A stretch of 64,000 nucleotides of DNA from an uncultured delta proteobacterium (GCA_963840855.1 CAWJBB010000040.1:256001-320000); one strand, 5' to 3'. Shown: positions 42,315 through 52,382, counted from the first letter of the stretch. A program made the numbers and translations. The notes: generated by a model not told the origin, from the sequence alone.

Positions 42315-42890
42315 CTAACTTGCTATCGAGCCCCGGATCGGCGACACCGGCTCGTGAATTTGGCGCACCAGAAAGTCTGACACAGGCGCCCCGGCGCGCA
42401 GTCGGGCAAGCCAGTCGTCGGGATCGTACTCGACGCCGACGGGATTTACGCTGAAGTTACCGTTGATGAATGCGTTGGCATCTTCATTCGAACTGAAACT
42501 ATCAACCTGAAACTCCATCTGATTGCCATCGGGGTCTCTGTAGTACATCGAAACCGTGATACCGTGATGGATACACCAGTAAGGACTGATTCCTTTCGCT
42601 TTGAGTTGCGCATATTTCTCGAAGAGGTCATTCAAAGACGCATAGGTATACGCAACGTGGTCGACACCGATCATTCCCTGACGATCAGTCTCGGCGCCGT
42701 CAGGCTGGAGAATCGACAGATTGGCAAACGCAAATCGGTGGTGTTCGTCATCATAGGTCAGAAAAGCCAGCGCTGGGTTCTGGTACTGGATCTCGGCGTC
42801 GAAAACGGTTTTATACCAGCTCAACATCTGCTCGAAACGGCGGCTGCGGTAAAGAACATGCGCAAACTTTGTCGGGCGAATGGACGACAT
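42315..42890 (-). CDS. VOC/glyoxalase-family protein, extradiol dioxygenase-like
   Basis: FAHV, YDDEHHR, VDHVAY, HHGITVSMYYRDPDGNQMEFQ. Confidence 0.85.
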   Translation of the reverse strand: MSSIRPTKFAHVLYRSRRFEQMLSWYKTVFDAEIQYQNPALAFLTYDDEHHRFAFANLSILQPDGAETDRQGMIGVDHVAYTYASLNDLFEKYAQLKAKGISPYWCIHHGITVSMYYRDPDGNQMEFQVDSFSSNEDANAFINGNFSVNPVGVEYDPDDWLARLRAGAPVSDFLVRQIHEPVSPIRGSIAS

Positions 42891-43084
42891 GATTTCCCCT
42901 TTCGAATCGCGACCTGGAATTGCCATCTGGCGAATTTAGCAAAAAATCTTTCGGGTCGATAGTGCCCAACTATATCACCCCCTTTCATATTACAAGGGGA
43001 GACGAGGGGATCGGCTACGATGATTGAGCGAAGAAATCACTCACATTGCTCCACGGATTGCGTCAAGCGTTTTCCGCGCCAGAG

Positions 43085-43901
43085 GGCGGCGCGCCTGTGT
43101 GATCTCTACGGAGTGGACACCATCAGCACCGGCGGCACCTTGGCCTGGGCAATGGAATGCAGCGAACACGGACTGTTGCCCGAAGCTCGAGAGCTTGGCT
43201 TGCGCTTTGGCCAAGCGGATGCTCTTCTCGCTGCGATTCCGGCCATCGCCGAGCGTAGAGGCGTCGGCGCGCTATTGGCCGAAGGCTCAAAGCGCGCTGC
43301 CTGCGAGATTGGCGGAGAGAGTTTGTATTGGGCGATGCACGTAAAGGGACTCGAGCTTCCAGGATATGAGCCGCGCAGCTTGAAGACGATGGCTCTCGGC
43401 TTGGCCGTGAGTCCGCGCGGCGCCTGCCATAACCGCTCCGGCGCGTACGAGGCTGACTTCTCGGGCGAAGTCGATAGGCTGCGCGCTGACTCAGGGAGAG
43501 GGGCTCTGGTTGCAGCCTCGGAAGATTTCGCCGCGGTGCTCGATTCACTGATAGTCTGTAAATTCCTGCGCAAGTGTTTCACGGACTTTTACGGCGAGGC
43601 CGCCGAACTGCTCAATCGGGTCACCGGATGGAACTGCTCGGGCGCCGAATTGCGGCGCGCCGGCGAGCGAATCCATTCGCTCAAGAAACTTTTCAACATG
43701 CGTGAAGGTTGGCGGCCTGAAGACGACTGGCTGCCGCAACGCTTGTTGAGCGAAACTCTCCCGACTGGCGTGGCCCAGGGTGTCGGCTTAACCGCCAAAG
43801 AACTTCGGGAGATGATCCTGGGATATTATCGGGCAAGGGGATGGGACGAAAACGGATCTATTCCCGATCACAAGTTGGGGGAGCTAGGGATTCAAACATG
43901 A
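43085..43901 (+). pseudogene. aor: 5'-truncated second aor copy (C-terminal ~270 aa)
   Basis: Protein identical to the aor C-terminus except ES>DH. Confidence 0.9.
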
Positions 43902-44145
43902 AGAGTTTCTGGTTTCTGGTTGATTCGAAATTAGCAACCAGAAACTGGGAACTAGAAACTCTGGAGGAATCATGCCAACCGATGAGACACGCCGCGTGTT
44001 GAAAGTGTTCGGCGTTGCGGTGACCGCCTTATGAAGACGCGGTGGACAAAGGGGCGCCACCCGAGGAAGCGCGAAAAGCCGAGGCGGAAGTCCGCGCCCG
44101 CCTCGAAGAGGTGACCGGCCTGATCGAGCGGCTGCGCGCCAAAAA
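43085..44145 (+). repeat. Direct repeat copy 2
   Basis: Near-identical to 18265-19340. Confidence 0.97.
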
Positions 44146-44152
44146 GCAATAA
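43972..44152 (+). pseudogene. Second copy of the 60-aa ORF with +1 C near 44027
   Basis: ACCGCCTTAT versus ACCGCTTAT in copy 1. Confidence 0.75.
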
Positions 44153-44220
44153 CGCGCCCCTTTTAATCAGTACACACCAGAGGCGTATCTGGAACGTAAT
44201 TTTCGCTCCATTTTTTCCCC

Positions 44221-44248
44221 TTGACAAACATTTCCCCAGCGATAGTAT
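44221..44248 (+). promoter_or_regulatory. Sigma70-type promoter for the fdh operon
   Basis: TTGACA-N16-TAGTAT. Confidence 0.55.
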
Positions 44249-44390
44249 CTCGCCGAAGCATTATTGCGCGGTCTTAAGCCGTAAGCCGGCGAAGAAAAAT
44301 TCAATAGCTCATCCACTGTGAAATCATGTTGCTTGCCAATGTCTTCTTTTTTTCAGTCCACGACCCCGCCTCTGAAAAAGGAGTCAAAAC

Positions 44391-47300
44391 ATGGAGGTTT
44401 CACGACGAGATTTTCTGCGGCTTTCAGTCGCAGCAGGCACCGGCACGGCGCTCGGCGGCCTCATTGGTTCAGGCGTTAACTTAGGTCCGGCCGTCGCGCG
44501 GGCGCAGGAACTGAGAATCAAAGACGCCAAGGTCACCCCGAGCGTCTGCCCCTATTGCTCGGTGGGATGCGGCACGCTCATCCACACCGTCAACGGCCAG
44601 ATCGTCAATATCGAGGGCGACCCACGCAGCCCGCACAATGAAGGCACGCTTTGTCCCAAGGGCGCGGCCATCTTTCAGCTCCACGTAAACCCCAATCGTC
44701 CGATTCAGGTTCTCCACCGCGCCGCCGGCGCCGCCGATTGGGAGGTATGGGACCTCGAGCGTGCGATGAACCGCATCGCCGAGCTGGTGAAGAAAACGCG
44801 CGACGAGACCTTCATCGAAAAGCTCCCCAACGGCAAGCTCGTCAACATGACCCCCGCCATCTTCGCCCTGGGCGGGGCCACGCTCGAAGTCGAGTTCAAC
44901 CACGTGCATCAAAAGCTCATGCGCGGCCTCGGCATCGTGGCGATAGAGAACCAGGCGCGGATATGACACAGCTCTAGCGTCCCCGGTCTGGGGACACGCT
45001 TCGGTCGCGGCGCGGCCACCCTCTACCCCCGGAGCATGTACGACTCCGACTGCATTGTCGTCATGGGCTCCAATATGGCGGAGAACCATCCCGTCGCCTT
45101 CCGTTGGCCAATGAAGGCCAAGGTCGAGCACGGCGCCAAGATCATCCACGTCGATCCCCGCTTCACCCGCACCAGCGCCGTCGCGGATATCTACGCGCCG
45201 GTGCGCGCGGGATCGGACATCGCCTTTCTGGGCGGCGTCATCAATTATGTCATCAACAGCGAGAAGTGGAACACGGACCCGTTCTTCAAAAAATTTGTCG
45301 TGAACTACACGAACGCCGCGACGATCATCAACGAGGACTTCAAGGACACCGAAGATTTGGACGGAGTCTTCTCGGGCCTCATGCAGTCCAAGGGCGGGAT
45401 GCCGGAGTGGCCGTTCAACGGTTTTACCAATCAGTACGATGGCGCGACCTGGCAATATGCCCGCACGAAGGTCGGCGCCCAGGGTGAAGGGGCGGCGCCG
45501 ACGGCGAAGTCCGGTGAGACGCCCACATCGTCGGGACCGACCGGGACAAAACACCGGCGACGCCTGCATCTGCGCCTGCGTCAGCGGCCGCCAAAGCCCC
45601 ACAGGGGCCGCCCTTCGCGCCGCTCGTAGCGTCGTTGGTGCGACCGCCGGCGCTGAAGGACGAGACGCTGCAGAACCCGCGCTGCGTGTTTCAGATCGTC
45701 AAACGGCATTTCGCGCGCTACACGCCGGAAATGGTCGAGAAGGCCACCGGCTGTCCCAAGGAACAGTTTCTCAAGGTCGCCGAGACTATTCTGGCCAATT
45801 CAGGCGCGGACCGGACGACTTCGTTCGCCTACGCCGTGGCCTGGACTCAGCACACCTACGGCGTCCAGATCATCGGCGCGTGCGCGCTGTTGCAGCTTCT
45901 GCTCGGCAACATCGGCCGGCCGGGCGCCGGCGTCATGGCGCTGCGCGGCCACGCCTCGATCCAGGGCTCGACCGATATCCCTACGCTCTATCATTCGATC
46001 CAGGGTTATCTGGCGGCGCCGACGGCGCTGAAGAAGCACGACACGCTGCAAGATTACATCGCGGCCGAGACGATACCCACGGGCTACTGGGCGAACATGC
46101 CGAAATTCATGGTTTCATACCTTAAATCGATGTACGGCGACGCCGCGACCAAGGATAACCAGTTCGGCTACGACTGGCATCCGAAGATTCTCGGCGACCA
46201 CTCGCACATGGCGATGTTCGCGGCGATGAACGCCGGCAAGGTGAAGGGGATGATCTGCGTCGGGCAGAACCCCGCCACCTCGATCAACGCCAAGCTCGAG
46301 CGGGCGGGACTCAGGAAGCTCGAATGGCTGGTGGTGAAGGACAACTGGATCACGGAGACGGCAAATTACTGGAAAAATGCGCCGGAAGTCAAAAACGGCG
46401 AGGTGAAGACGGCCGACATCAAAACGGAAGTGTTCTACTTGCCGGCCACCCAGGTCGCCGAGCTCGAAGGCACCTTCACGAACACCCAGCGCCTGCTGCA
46501 GTTCCATCACAAAGCGGCCGAGGCCCCCGGCGATTGCCGGTCGGACACGTTGTTCAGCTACGATCTCGGCAAGCGGCTGAAGAAGCTTTACGCCAATTCC
46601 ACACTGCCGCGCGATGAAGGATGGAAGAACCTCGTGTGGGATTACGAGCACGAGGACGAAGCCGAGCGCAAAAAGGGCGAGCCTTCGGCGCTGAAGATCC
46701 TGAAAGAGATCAATGGCTTTTTCACCGAAGACTCCGCGCGCCATTGCGTCGGTTTCGGAGAGCTTCAGGACGACGGCTCGACGACTTGCGCGTCGTGGAT
46801 CTATTCCGGGGTCTATCCGGGCCGGGCAAGCTGCTCGCCGACAGGCGCACGCCCGACGCGCCGGGACAGCCGGGTGCTCAACTTCAGTGGGGTTGGGCTT
46901 GGCCGGCCAACCGACGTGTTATGTATAACCGCGCGTCGGCCGATCCCGAAGGGAAACCGTGGAGCGAAAAGAAAAAGTGGGTGTGGTGGGATGCGGAGGC
47001 GAAGAAATGGGCCGGCTACGATGTGCCCGACTATATCGCGGCGAAGCCGCCTACGGACAAAGCGAAACCCGGCGCGGCCGGCATGGATGCGCTTCCCGGC
47101 ACCGCGCCATTTATCATGCGGCCGGATGGTCTTGGATGGCTCTTTGTCCCGGCGGGGCTCGTGGACGGGCCGCTGCCGACGCACTACGAACCGGTCGAGT
47201 CGCCGGTCGCCAATTCGCTATACAAACAGCAGACCACCCCGGTCTTCAAGCACTGGAAGGATACCCCCGGCAACGAGCTGGCGAAGATGGGCGACCCGAA

Positions 47301-47691
47301 GTTCCCTTATGTCCTGACCACATACCGGCTGACCGAGCACTATCTCGCGGGCGGTATGAGCCGCTGGCTGCCGTGGCTGAACGAGCTGCAGCCCGAGCTG
47401 TTCGTCGAAATCAGCCCGGAGCTGGCGCAGGAGAAGGGCATCAAGAATCTCGACTGGTGCAAGATCTCCAGCCCGCGCACGCAGATCCGCGCCAAGGCTC
47501 TTGTCACGCGCCGGATGCAGCCCTTCAAGATCGACGGCAAAGTCATCCACCAGGTCGGCATGCCCTGGCACTGGGGTTATGAAGGTCTGTCCACGGGCGA
47601 CGTCGTCAACGAGTTGACGTCCCTGATAGCCGATCCGAACGTTTCGATGCACGAAGGAAAAGCGTTTGTGTGCAACGTCGAGAAGGCGTGA
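44391..47691 (+). CDS. fdnG: Formate dehydrogenase alpha subunit (FdnG/FdoG type), selenocysteine at TGA 44964-44966, two apparent frameshifts (~45550, ~46820)
   Basis: Tat SRRDFL; CPYCSVGC..LCPKG; ENQARI-U-HSS in frame with 45036 ORF; GSNMAENHP; ALRGH; TTYRLTEH; PWHWG. Confidence 0.92.
44977..44998 (+). promoter_or_regulatory. Bacterial SECIS hairpin
   Basis: GTCCCC-GGTCT-GGGGAC stem-loop starting ~12 nt after the in-frame UGA. Confidence 0.8.
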
Positions 47692-47692
47692 A

Positions 47693-47753
47693 AATCGTGA
47701 TCGTGCTCGTGACTCGTGCTCGTCAACTCACGAACACGAAACACGAACACGAC
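47693..47753. repeat. Inverted hexamer arrays, (TCGTGN)n ... (CACGAA)n
   Basis: ATCGTG ATCGTG CTCGTG ACTCGTG CTCGT ... CACGAA CACGAAA CACGAA CACGA. Confidence 0.75.
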
Positions 47754-47778
47754 GGCTGGGATAGGAAAGGGGCACTTT

Positions 47779-48579
47779 ATGGCTGAGCCAATGGGTTTTT
47801 ACACCGACACCACCGTATGCATCGGCTGCAAAGCTTGCGAGGTGGCCTGCAAAGAGTGGAACCAGCTTCCTAGCACCAACGGCGGCCTGAACACGTTGAG
47901 CGGCGACAGCTACGACAACACGCGCCGTCTCGACGGCATCCACTGGCGGCACGTCAAGTTCATCGAGCAGTTCACGGAGGACCGGAAGGACGGCCGCTGG
48001 CTCCTGATGAGCGACGTGTGCAAGCACTGCGTCAACGCGCCTTGCCTCGAGGTCTGTCCGACGGGCGCGATCGTCCGCACAGAGTTCGACACCGTCGTAA
48101 TTCAATCCGACGCCTGCAATGGCTGCCGAGATTGTATTTCGGCCTGCCCGTTCGGCGTGATCGAAGTCAATCCGGCGTCGGGGACCGCGCAAAAGTGCAC
48201 GCTCTGTTACGATCGTCTGCAGGGCGGGATGGAGCCGGCCTGCTCGAAGGCCTGTCCAACCGATTCGATTCAGTTCGGCACAATTCGCGAGCTGAAAGAC
48301 AGAGCCCAAAAACGGGTGGAGCAATTGCACCAGACGGGCGAGAAGCGGGCCTACCTATACGGCGCGGACGAAAAGGTGCTCGGCGGGCTCAACTCGTTCT
48401 ACCTGCTGGTGGACAAACCGGAAGTGTACGGCTTGCCGCCCGATCCTAAAATGCCCACGCGCAATCTTGCGTCGGCCTCGTGGTTTTCCGTCTTGGGCGC
48501 TGTTTTGGTCGGTCTGATGGGCGTCATCAATTTCCGCAATCGGGGCGCCAGGCTGGAGGACGGTGAGGAGCGGCCATGA
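47779..48579 (+). CDS. fdnH: Formate dehydrogenase Fe-S beta subunit
   Basis: CIGCKACEVACKEWN, CKHC..APCLEVCP, CNGCRDCISACP, KCTLC; C-terminal TM. Confidence 0.92.
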   Translation: MAEPMGFYTDTTVCIGCKACEVACKEWNQLPSTNGGLNTLSGDSYDNTRRLDGIHWRHVKFIEQFTEDRKDGRWLLMSDVCKHCVNAPCLEVCPTGAIVRTEFDTVVIQSDACNGCRDCISACPFGVIEVNPASGTAQKCTLCYDRLQGGMEPACSKACPTDSIQFGTIRELKDRAQKRVEQLHQTGEKRAYLYGADEKVLGGLNSFYLLVDKPEVYGLPPDPKMPTRNLASASWFSVLGAVLVGLMGVINFRNRGARLEDGEERP

Positions 48580-49481
48580 ATACATTTCCCTCCAGCACCT
48601 ATTTCAGTGCTCCGCCGGACTGGGGCTGGCTCATCGTTTTTTACTTTTTTTTCGGCGGCCTCGCCGGCGGATGCTATTTTCTCGCCGTGCTGATCGATCT
48701 GCTTGGCCGGCCGGAGGACCGTCCTCTGGCCCGCCTGGGTTACTATGTCGCATTTCCGTGCGTGGTTTTGAGCGGGCTGCTGTTGACCCTTGATCTCAAT
48801 CGGCCGCTGCGTTTTTGGCATATGCTGATCGAGTCGAACACTTTTCGGCCGATGATCAAATTCTGGTCTCCTATGTCGGTGGGCTCCTGGGCGCTTTTGA
48901 TCTTTGGAATTTTCAGCCTGATCTCTTTTATCGGAGCGCTTGCGGAAGACGGCCGTCTCGACTGGCCGGCTTGGCGCAAAGTGCGTCCACCGGGAGTGCT
49001 GAGCGGCGTGATTGCCGTGCTCGGCGGGCTCGTCGGGTTTTACTTCGCCGGCTACACCGGAGTCCTTCTCGCTGTAACCAATCGCCCAATCTGGTCGGAC
49101 ACGCCTCTGCTCGGCATGCTTTTCGTCGTGTCCGCCGCGTCCATATCAGCGGCGTTGATGATCCTCCTCGCGCGTAGATCGAAATGGACGATGCCCGGTA
49201 TCGCCGCCCTGCACCGGATGGATGCGTGGGTAGTTGGTTTGGAACTTATTGTGCTGATCGCAGTCATGATCTCACTCGGACCCGTATTTCGCGCATGGCT
49301 GAACGCTTGGGGCCTGCTGCTTTTTTTCGGAGTCATCGTCGCCGGCATGCTCGTTCCCCTGGCTCTTTATTGGCGCCGGCAGTGGCTCGGCGAGCGTAAT
49401 CTCACCACGGCTGCGGTGCTGGTATTGGTCGGCGGATTTCTTCTGCGCCTGGTCATCGTCTTTTCGGCCCAAGGAGTGTAA
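48576..49481 (+). CDS. NrfD/PsrC-family membrane anchor
   Basis: YFFFGGLAGG, DLNRPLRFWH, SPMSVGSW, YTGVLL. Confidence 0.9.
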   Translation: MNTFPSSTYFSAPPDWGWLIVFYFFFGGLAGGCYFLAVLIDLLGRPEDRPLARLGYYVAFPCVVLSGLLLTLDLNRPLRFWHMLIESNTFRPMIKFWSPMSVGSWALLIFGIFSLISFIGALAEDGRLDWPAWRKVRPPGVLSGVIAVLGGLVGFYFAGYTGVLLAVTNRPIWSDTPLLGMLFVVSAASISAALMILLARRSKWTMPGIAALHRMDAWVVGLELIVLIAVMISLGPVFRAWLNAWGLLLFFGVIVAGMLVPLALYWRRQWLGERNLTTAAVLVLVGGFLLRLVIVFSAQGV

Positions 49482-49482
49482 C

Positions 49483-49713
49483 GTGGGCGCATTGATTCTT
49501 TTCGTTGCCGTTTCGCTTTGCGTCGTCGGCTGCGCCAGCCCGGAGATGACGCGGACGCGCGGCGGCGGCCCGGGAGCCGATATTGGCAACCGCGATAAAC
49601 TTGTGCAGATGCACGAAGGCGCAAAGCCGTTCGAGAAAACTCCTAAGATCATTCCCACCAAGCATCCGCCTTTAGAACCTGCCAACCAGGCGGATCAACT
49701 CAGCCGCCGATGA
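49483..49713 (+). CDS. Small lipoprotein
   Basis: Hydrophobic signal plus lipobox VVGC; translationally coupled in the operon. Confidence 0.6.
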   Translation: MGALILFVAVSLCVVGCASPEMTRTRGGGPGADIGNRDKLVQMHEGAKPFEKTPKIIPTKHPPLEPANQADQLSRR

Positions 49714-50576
49714 CGGCAATCGATACCGGCCTGCAAGATCTAAAGCGCCATCATCCGGAGTGGGAGCCGTGGCTCGCCGTCGTTCAGGCAATTCTACGCG
49801 AAATCGAAGATCCCAAATGGGACGGGGTTGTTCCGCTTCGCGCGCAGGCACAGAGCAAGGTTCCGCTCCTCGCCGAAGCCAAACTAGAGTTCGAGAAGAG
49901 TTTGGTTCGCCCGTTCTCGGAGCAGCTGATGGGCATCGCTTGCCGGAGCGGAACGCCACAGATGGCGACCTTGAAAGCGGCGCTACACGCCAAGTTGGAT
50001 GTTTTCACTCTGTTCAGAGCAGCGCTTAACCAGGATAGCGATCGTATAAAAGAAGCCGCGGTTGCTCTCGGCGCCGATTCCGAGGCGTTCCATGCGGTTG
50101 CGGTTTTAATGCCCGTGCCGTTCCTGCACGCTTGCAACCGCCATTGGGCACGCTCCATAGCGGTGAGCTGGATGGAAGGGTATTGCCCTGTGTGCGGCGC
50201 CTGGCCGGCATTTGCCGAGGTGCGCGGTATCGAACGGAGCCGCTACCTCCGCTGCGGCCGCTGCGGCGGGGAGTGGCAAGCGCGCCTATTGTTTTGTCCC
50301 TATTGCGGCAACACCGATCACAAAGAGCAGGTCTCGTTGGTGGCGGAGAGTAGTCCGAAATCGGCGGTGGACGCCTGCAAGCGCTGTCTGGGTTATGTCA
50401 AGATTTTTACCACGCTGCAGGGGAGCCCGCCCGCCAAGGTTATCCTCGACGATCTCGCCAGCGTTGAGCTGGATGTCGCCGCCGCCGGGCAAGGATACAA
50501 ACGCCCTCAAGGCGCCGGCTATTCTCTAAACGTAATGGTGACTGGAAACGGCGCATCGCGCGACCGCTTTGCCTGA
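49710..50576 (+). CDS. fdhE: Formate dehydrogenase accessory protein FdhE
   Basis: CPVCG, RYLRCGRC..EW, CPYCG, CKRCLGYVK, DDLAS..LD. Confidence 0.92.
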   Translation: MTAIDTGLQDLKRHHPEWEPWLAVVQAILREIEDPKWDGVVPLRAQAQSKVPLLAEAKLEFEKSLVRPFSEQLMGIACRSGTPQMATLKAALHAKLDVFTLFRAALNQDSDRIKEAAVALGADSEAFHAVAVLMPVPFLHACNRHWARSIAVSWMEGYCPVCGAWPAFAEVRGIERSRYLRCGRCGGEWQARLLFCPYCGNTDHKEQVSLVAESSPKSAVDACKRCLGYVKIFTTLQGSPPAKVILDDLASVELDVAAAGQGYKRPQGAGYSLNVMVTGNGASRDRFA

Positions 50577-50580
50577 AGCC

Positions 50581-50964
50581 ATGAGTGAAGGTAAGGAGTC
50601 ATTGCAATCTTTTCGCCCAGCCGACGTTTGCAGAGCCTTGCTCGCCGCGCTCGAGGGCGCCGAAGGGCGCAGAAAAAAACGCAAGCGCGATCAAACACCC
50701 GACGCCATCGGACTTGCGGTCAAGCGCGAGATCCTTGAACGGGTCGTTCAAGACGACCCTGACTCGGATATGTTCGAGGGGTGGCTGCTCAACTATTCCC
50801 AAAAAAGCGAGAGCAATCATTCCTCAGGCGCCGTATCGGCGATGGCTAGAGCAGTCCTCGACGAATGGCGCCTGGCCCATTCTATGCGTGATTTCAAAGC
50901 GTGGCTCGACCGCGGTGCGCCAAGCGATGATGCCGATGCCGGCCCCGCCACTCCGCGTCAGTGA
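50581..50964 (+). CDS. Hypothetical protein
   Basis: Operon-coupled ORF with RKRDQTPDAIGL and GAPSDD segments. Confidence 0.65.
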   Translation: MSEGKESLQSFRPADVCRALLAALEGAEGRRKKRKRDQTPDAIGLAVKREILERVVQDDPDSDMFEGWLLNYSQKSESNHSSGAVSAMARAVLDEWRLAHSMRDFKAWLDRGAPSDDADAGPATPRQ

Positions 50965-51012
50965 GAAATCCCCAAGGTAGTTGCTGAAAATATCGATAGA
51001 CTGCCGCCCACG

Positions 51013-52089
51013 TTAACGCAACTGCCCGCCGGCGATATGGACGAACCCGCTCATCTCGTGCGGCCAGGTCACGGCTTGGGCCTTGCACACATAGTTGGCG
51101 GTTATCTGGTCGAGTCGCGTTACCCCCAACAAGGCCATGTCGATGACGAGTTCTTCTTCGAGCAATTCGAGCACGCGCACCAATCCGGCCGCTCCGCCCG
51201 CGCCTAGGCCCCAGCCCTGGAGCTTGCCGATGGTCACCGCCTTGGCTCCGAACGCCAAGGCTTTGACGATATCGGTTCCGCGCGTCACCCCGCCGTCGAG
51301 CACGATGTCCGCTTTGCCCGCCGCGGCCTCGACGATTTCAGGTAGCGTATCGATGGTGCCCCGGCCATGATCCAACTGCCGCCCGCCGTGGTTGGAAACA
51401 TAAATCACGTCGACGCCATGCTCCACGGCCAATTTGGCATCTTCCGCCGTGGCGACGCCCTTTAAAATAAACGGCAAGCCGGCGATTTTTTTAATCGCAT
51501 CCATAGTTTCCCAGGTTAACATGCCCTGATAATGCCGATTCGTTTCAGATCTTCTGCTCGGCGGCTGCCAACGGTTGAGCAACGGCCGTTCGCGGCGGCT
51601 GTAGTGCGCGGTGTCGACGGTAAGACACAGGGCCATATAACCGGCCTTCTTGACCCGCCCGATGATTTCCGCGCACCAGTCCAAATCGCCGCGCACATAG
51701 AGTTGAAAAATCTTCGGGTGGTTCGTGCTCGCGGCGATTTCTTCCAGGCTCGGTTGCGTGACCGAGCTGACGAAGTTCATGCTGCCGAACTCCGCGGCGG
51801 CCTTCGCCACGGCGACTCCGCCCTCGGGCGTGATCGTTTGCAGCGAACCGATGGGCGCCATCATTACCGGAATGCGCAGCTTCTGTCCCAAGAAGGTCGT
51901 CGAAGTGTCGACTTTGGAAACATCCACCAGCACCCGCGGCCGCAACGCGAGGGTATCGAAGCCCAAGCGGTTGCGCCGCATGGTGGTTTCCGACTCCGCG
52001 CCGCCGGTTAAATAATCCCAGACATCCTGTGGCAGATTGCGGCGCGCCGCCTGAATGATTTCTTGGTTGCTGACATAATCGAGGCTCAT
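51013..52089 (-). CDS. FMN-dependent alpha-hydroxy acid oxidase/dehydrogenase
   Basis: LRPRVL, LTVD, ILKG, VSNHGGRQLD, DGG..RGTD. Confidence 0.93.
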   Translation of the reverse strand: MSLDYVSNQEIIQAARRNLPQDVWDYLTGGAESETTMRRNRLGFDTLALRPRVLVDVSKVDTSTTFLGQKLRIPVMMAPIGSLQTITPEGGVAVAKAAAEFGSMNFVSSVTQPSLEEIAASTNHPKIFQLYVRGDLDWCAEIIGRVKKAGYMALCLTVDTAHYSRRERPLLNRWQPPSRRSETNRHYQGMLTWETMDAIKKIAGLPFILKGVATAEDAKLAVEHGVDVIYVSNHGGRQLDHGRGTIDTLPEIVEAAAGKADIVLDGGVTRGTDIVKALAFGAKAVTIGKLQGWGLGAGGAAGLVRVLELLEEELVIDMALLGVTRLDQITANYVCKAQAVTWPHEMSGFVHIAGGQLR

Positions 52090-52323
52090 GATTGAATCTC
52101 CTTTTCCGCGCGAGCAATGAAATAGCATTGCAGGCAAACTTTTATTGCCGGAACACTATCGAACCGGGCAGGCTGCTGTCAAACTGCTTCGCTGCGATTC
52201 ACTGTATGGTTCAGTCTCAGAAATCTTAGGGGCATCCCCGTGCTGCCGTCAGGACCACGTCGCCCCAATCGATACATCTGTGAGCTGACACTTCGTCGCG
52301 ACCCGCAGGGTAGTCCCGAAAAG

Positions 52324-52349
52324 AAAGGGAGGCACATGGCCTCCCTTTT
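52324..52349. terminator. Intrinsic terminator downstream of ilvD
   Basis: AAAGGGAGGC-ACATG-GCCTCCCTTTT. Confidence 0.7.
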
Positions 52350-52353
52350 GACG

Positions 52354-52380
52354 TTGAACCTTGAACTTTGAACTTTGAAC
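52354..52380. repeat. Heptamer array (TTGAACY)4
   Basis: TTGAACC TTGAACT TTGAACT TTGAAC next to the ilvD stop. Confidence 0.85.
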
Positions 52381-52382
52381 GG

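Larger units (their letters stand above)
19349..43084. mobile_element. Accessory genomic island between the direct repeats, no integrase seen
   Basis: Flanking 1.07 kb repeat, accessory stress genes, pseudogenes, IS remnant. Confidence 0.75.

Noticed and set aside
19349-43084. Prophage, ICE or defence island
   Set aside because: No integrase, phage structural, conjugation or recognisable defence genes
43020-43901. 293-aa ORF as an independent gene
   Set aside because: The first ~22 codons are unrelated island DNA read into the truncated aor copy, which lacks the N-terminal domain
44481-45602. 373-aa minus-strand ORF
   Set aside because: Antisense shadow of the FDH alpha subunit
52200-52320. 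Possible ncRNA between the hydroxy-acid oxidase and ilvD
   Set aside because: No recognisable tRNA, 6S or riboswitch consensus; looks like a REP-like remnant beside a terminator
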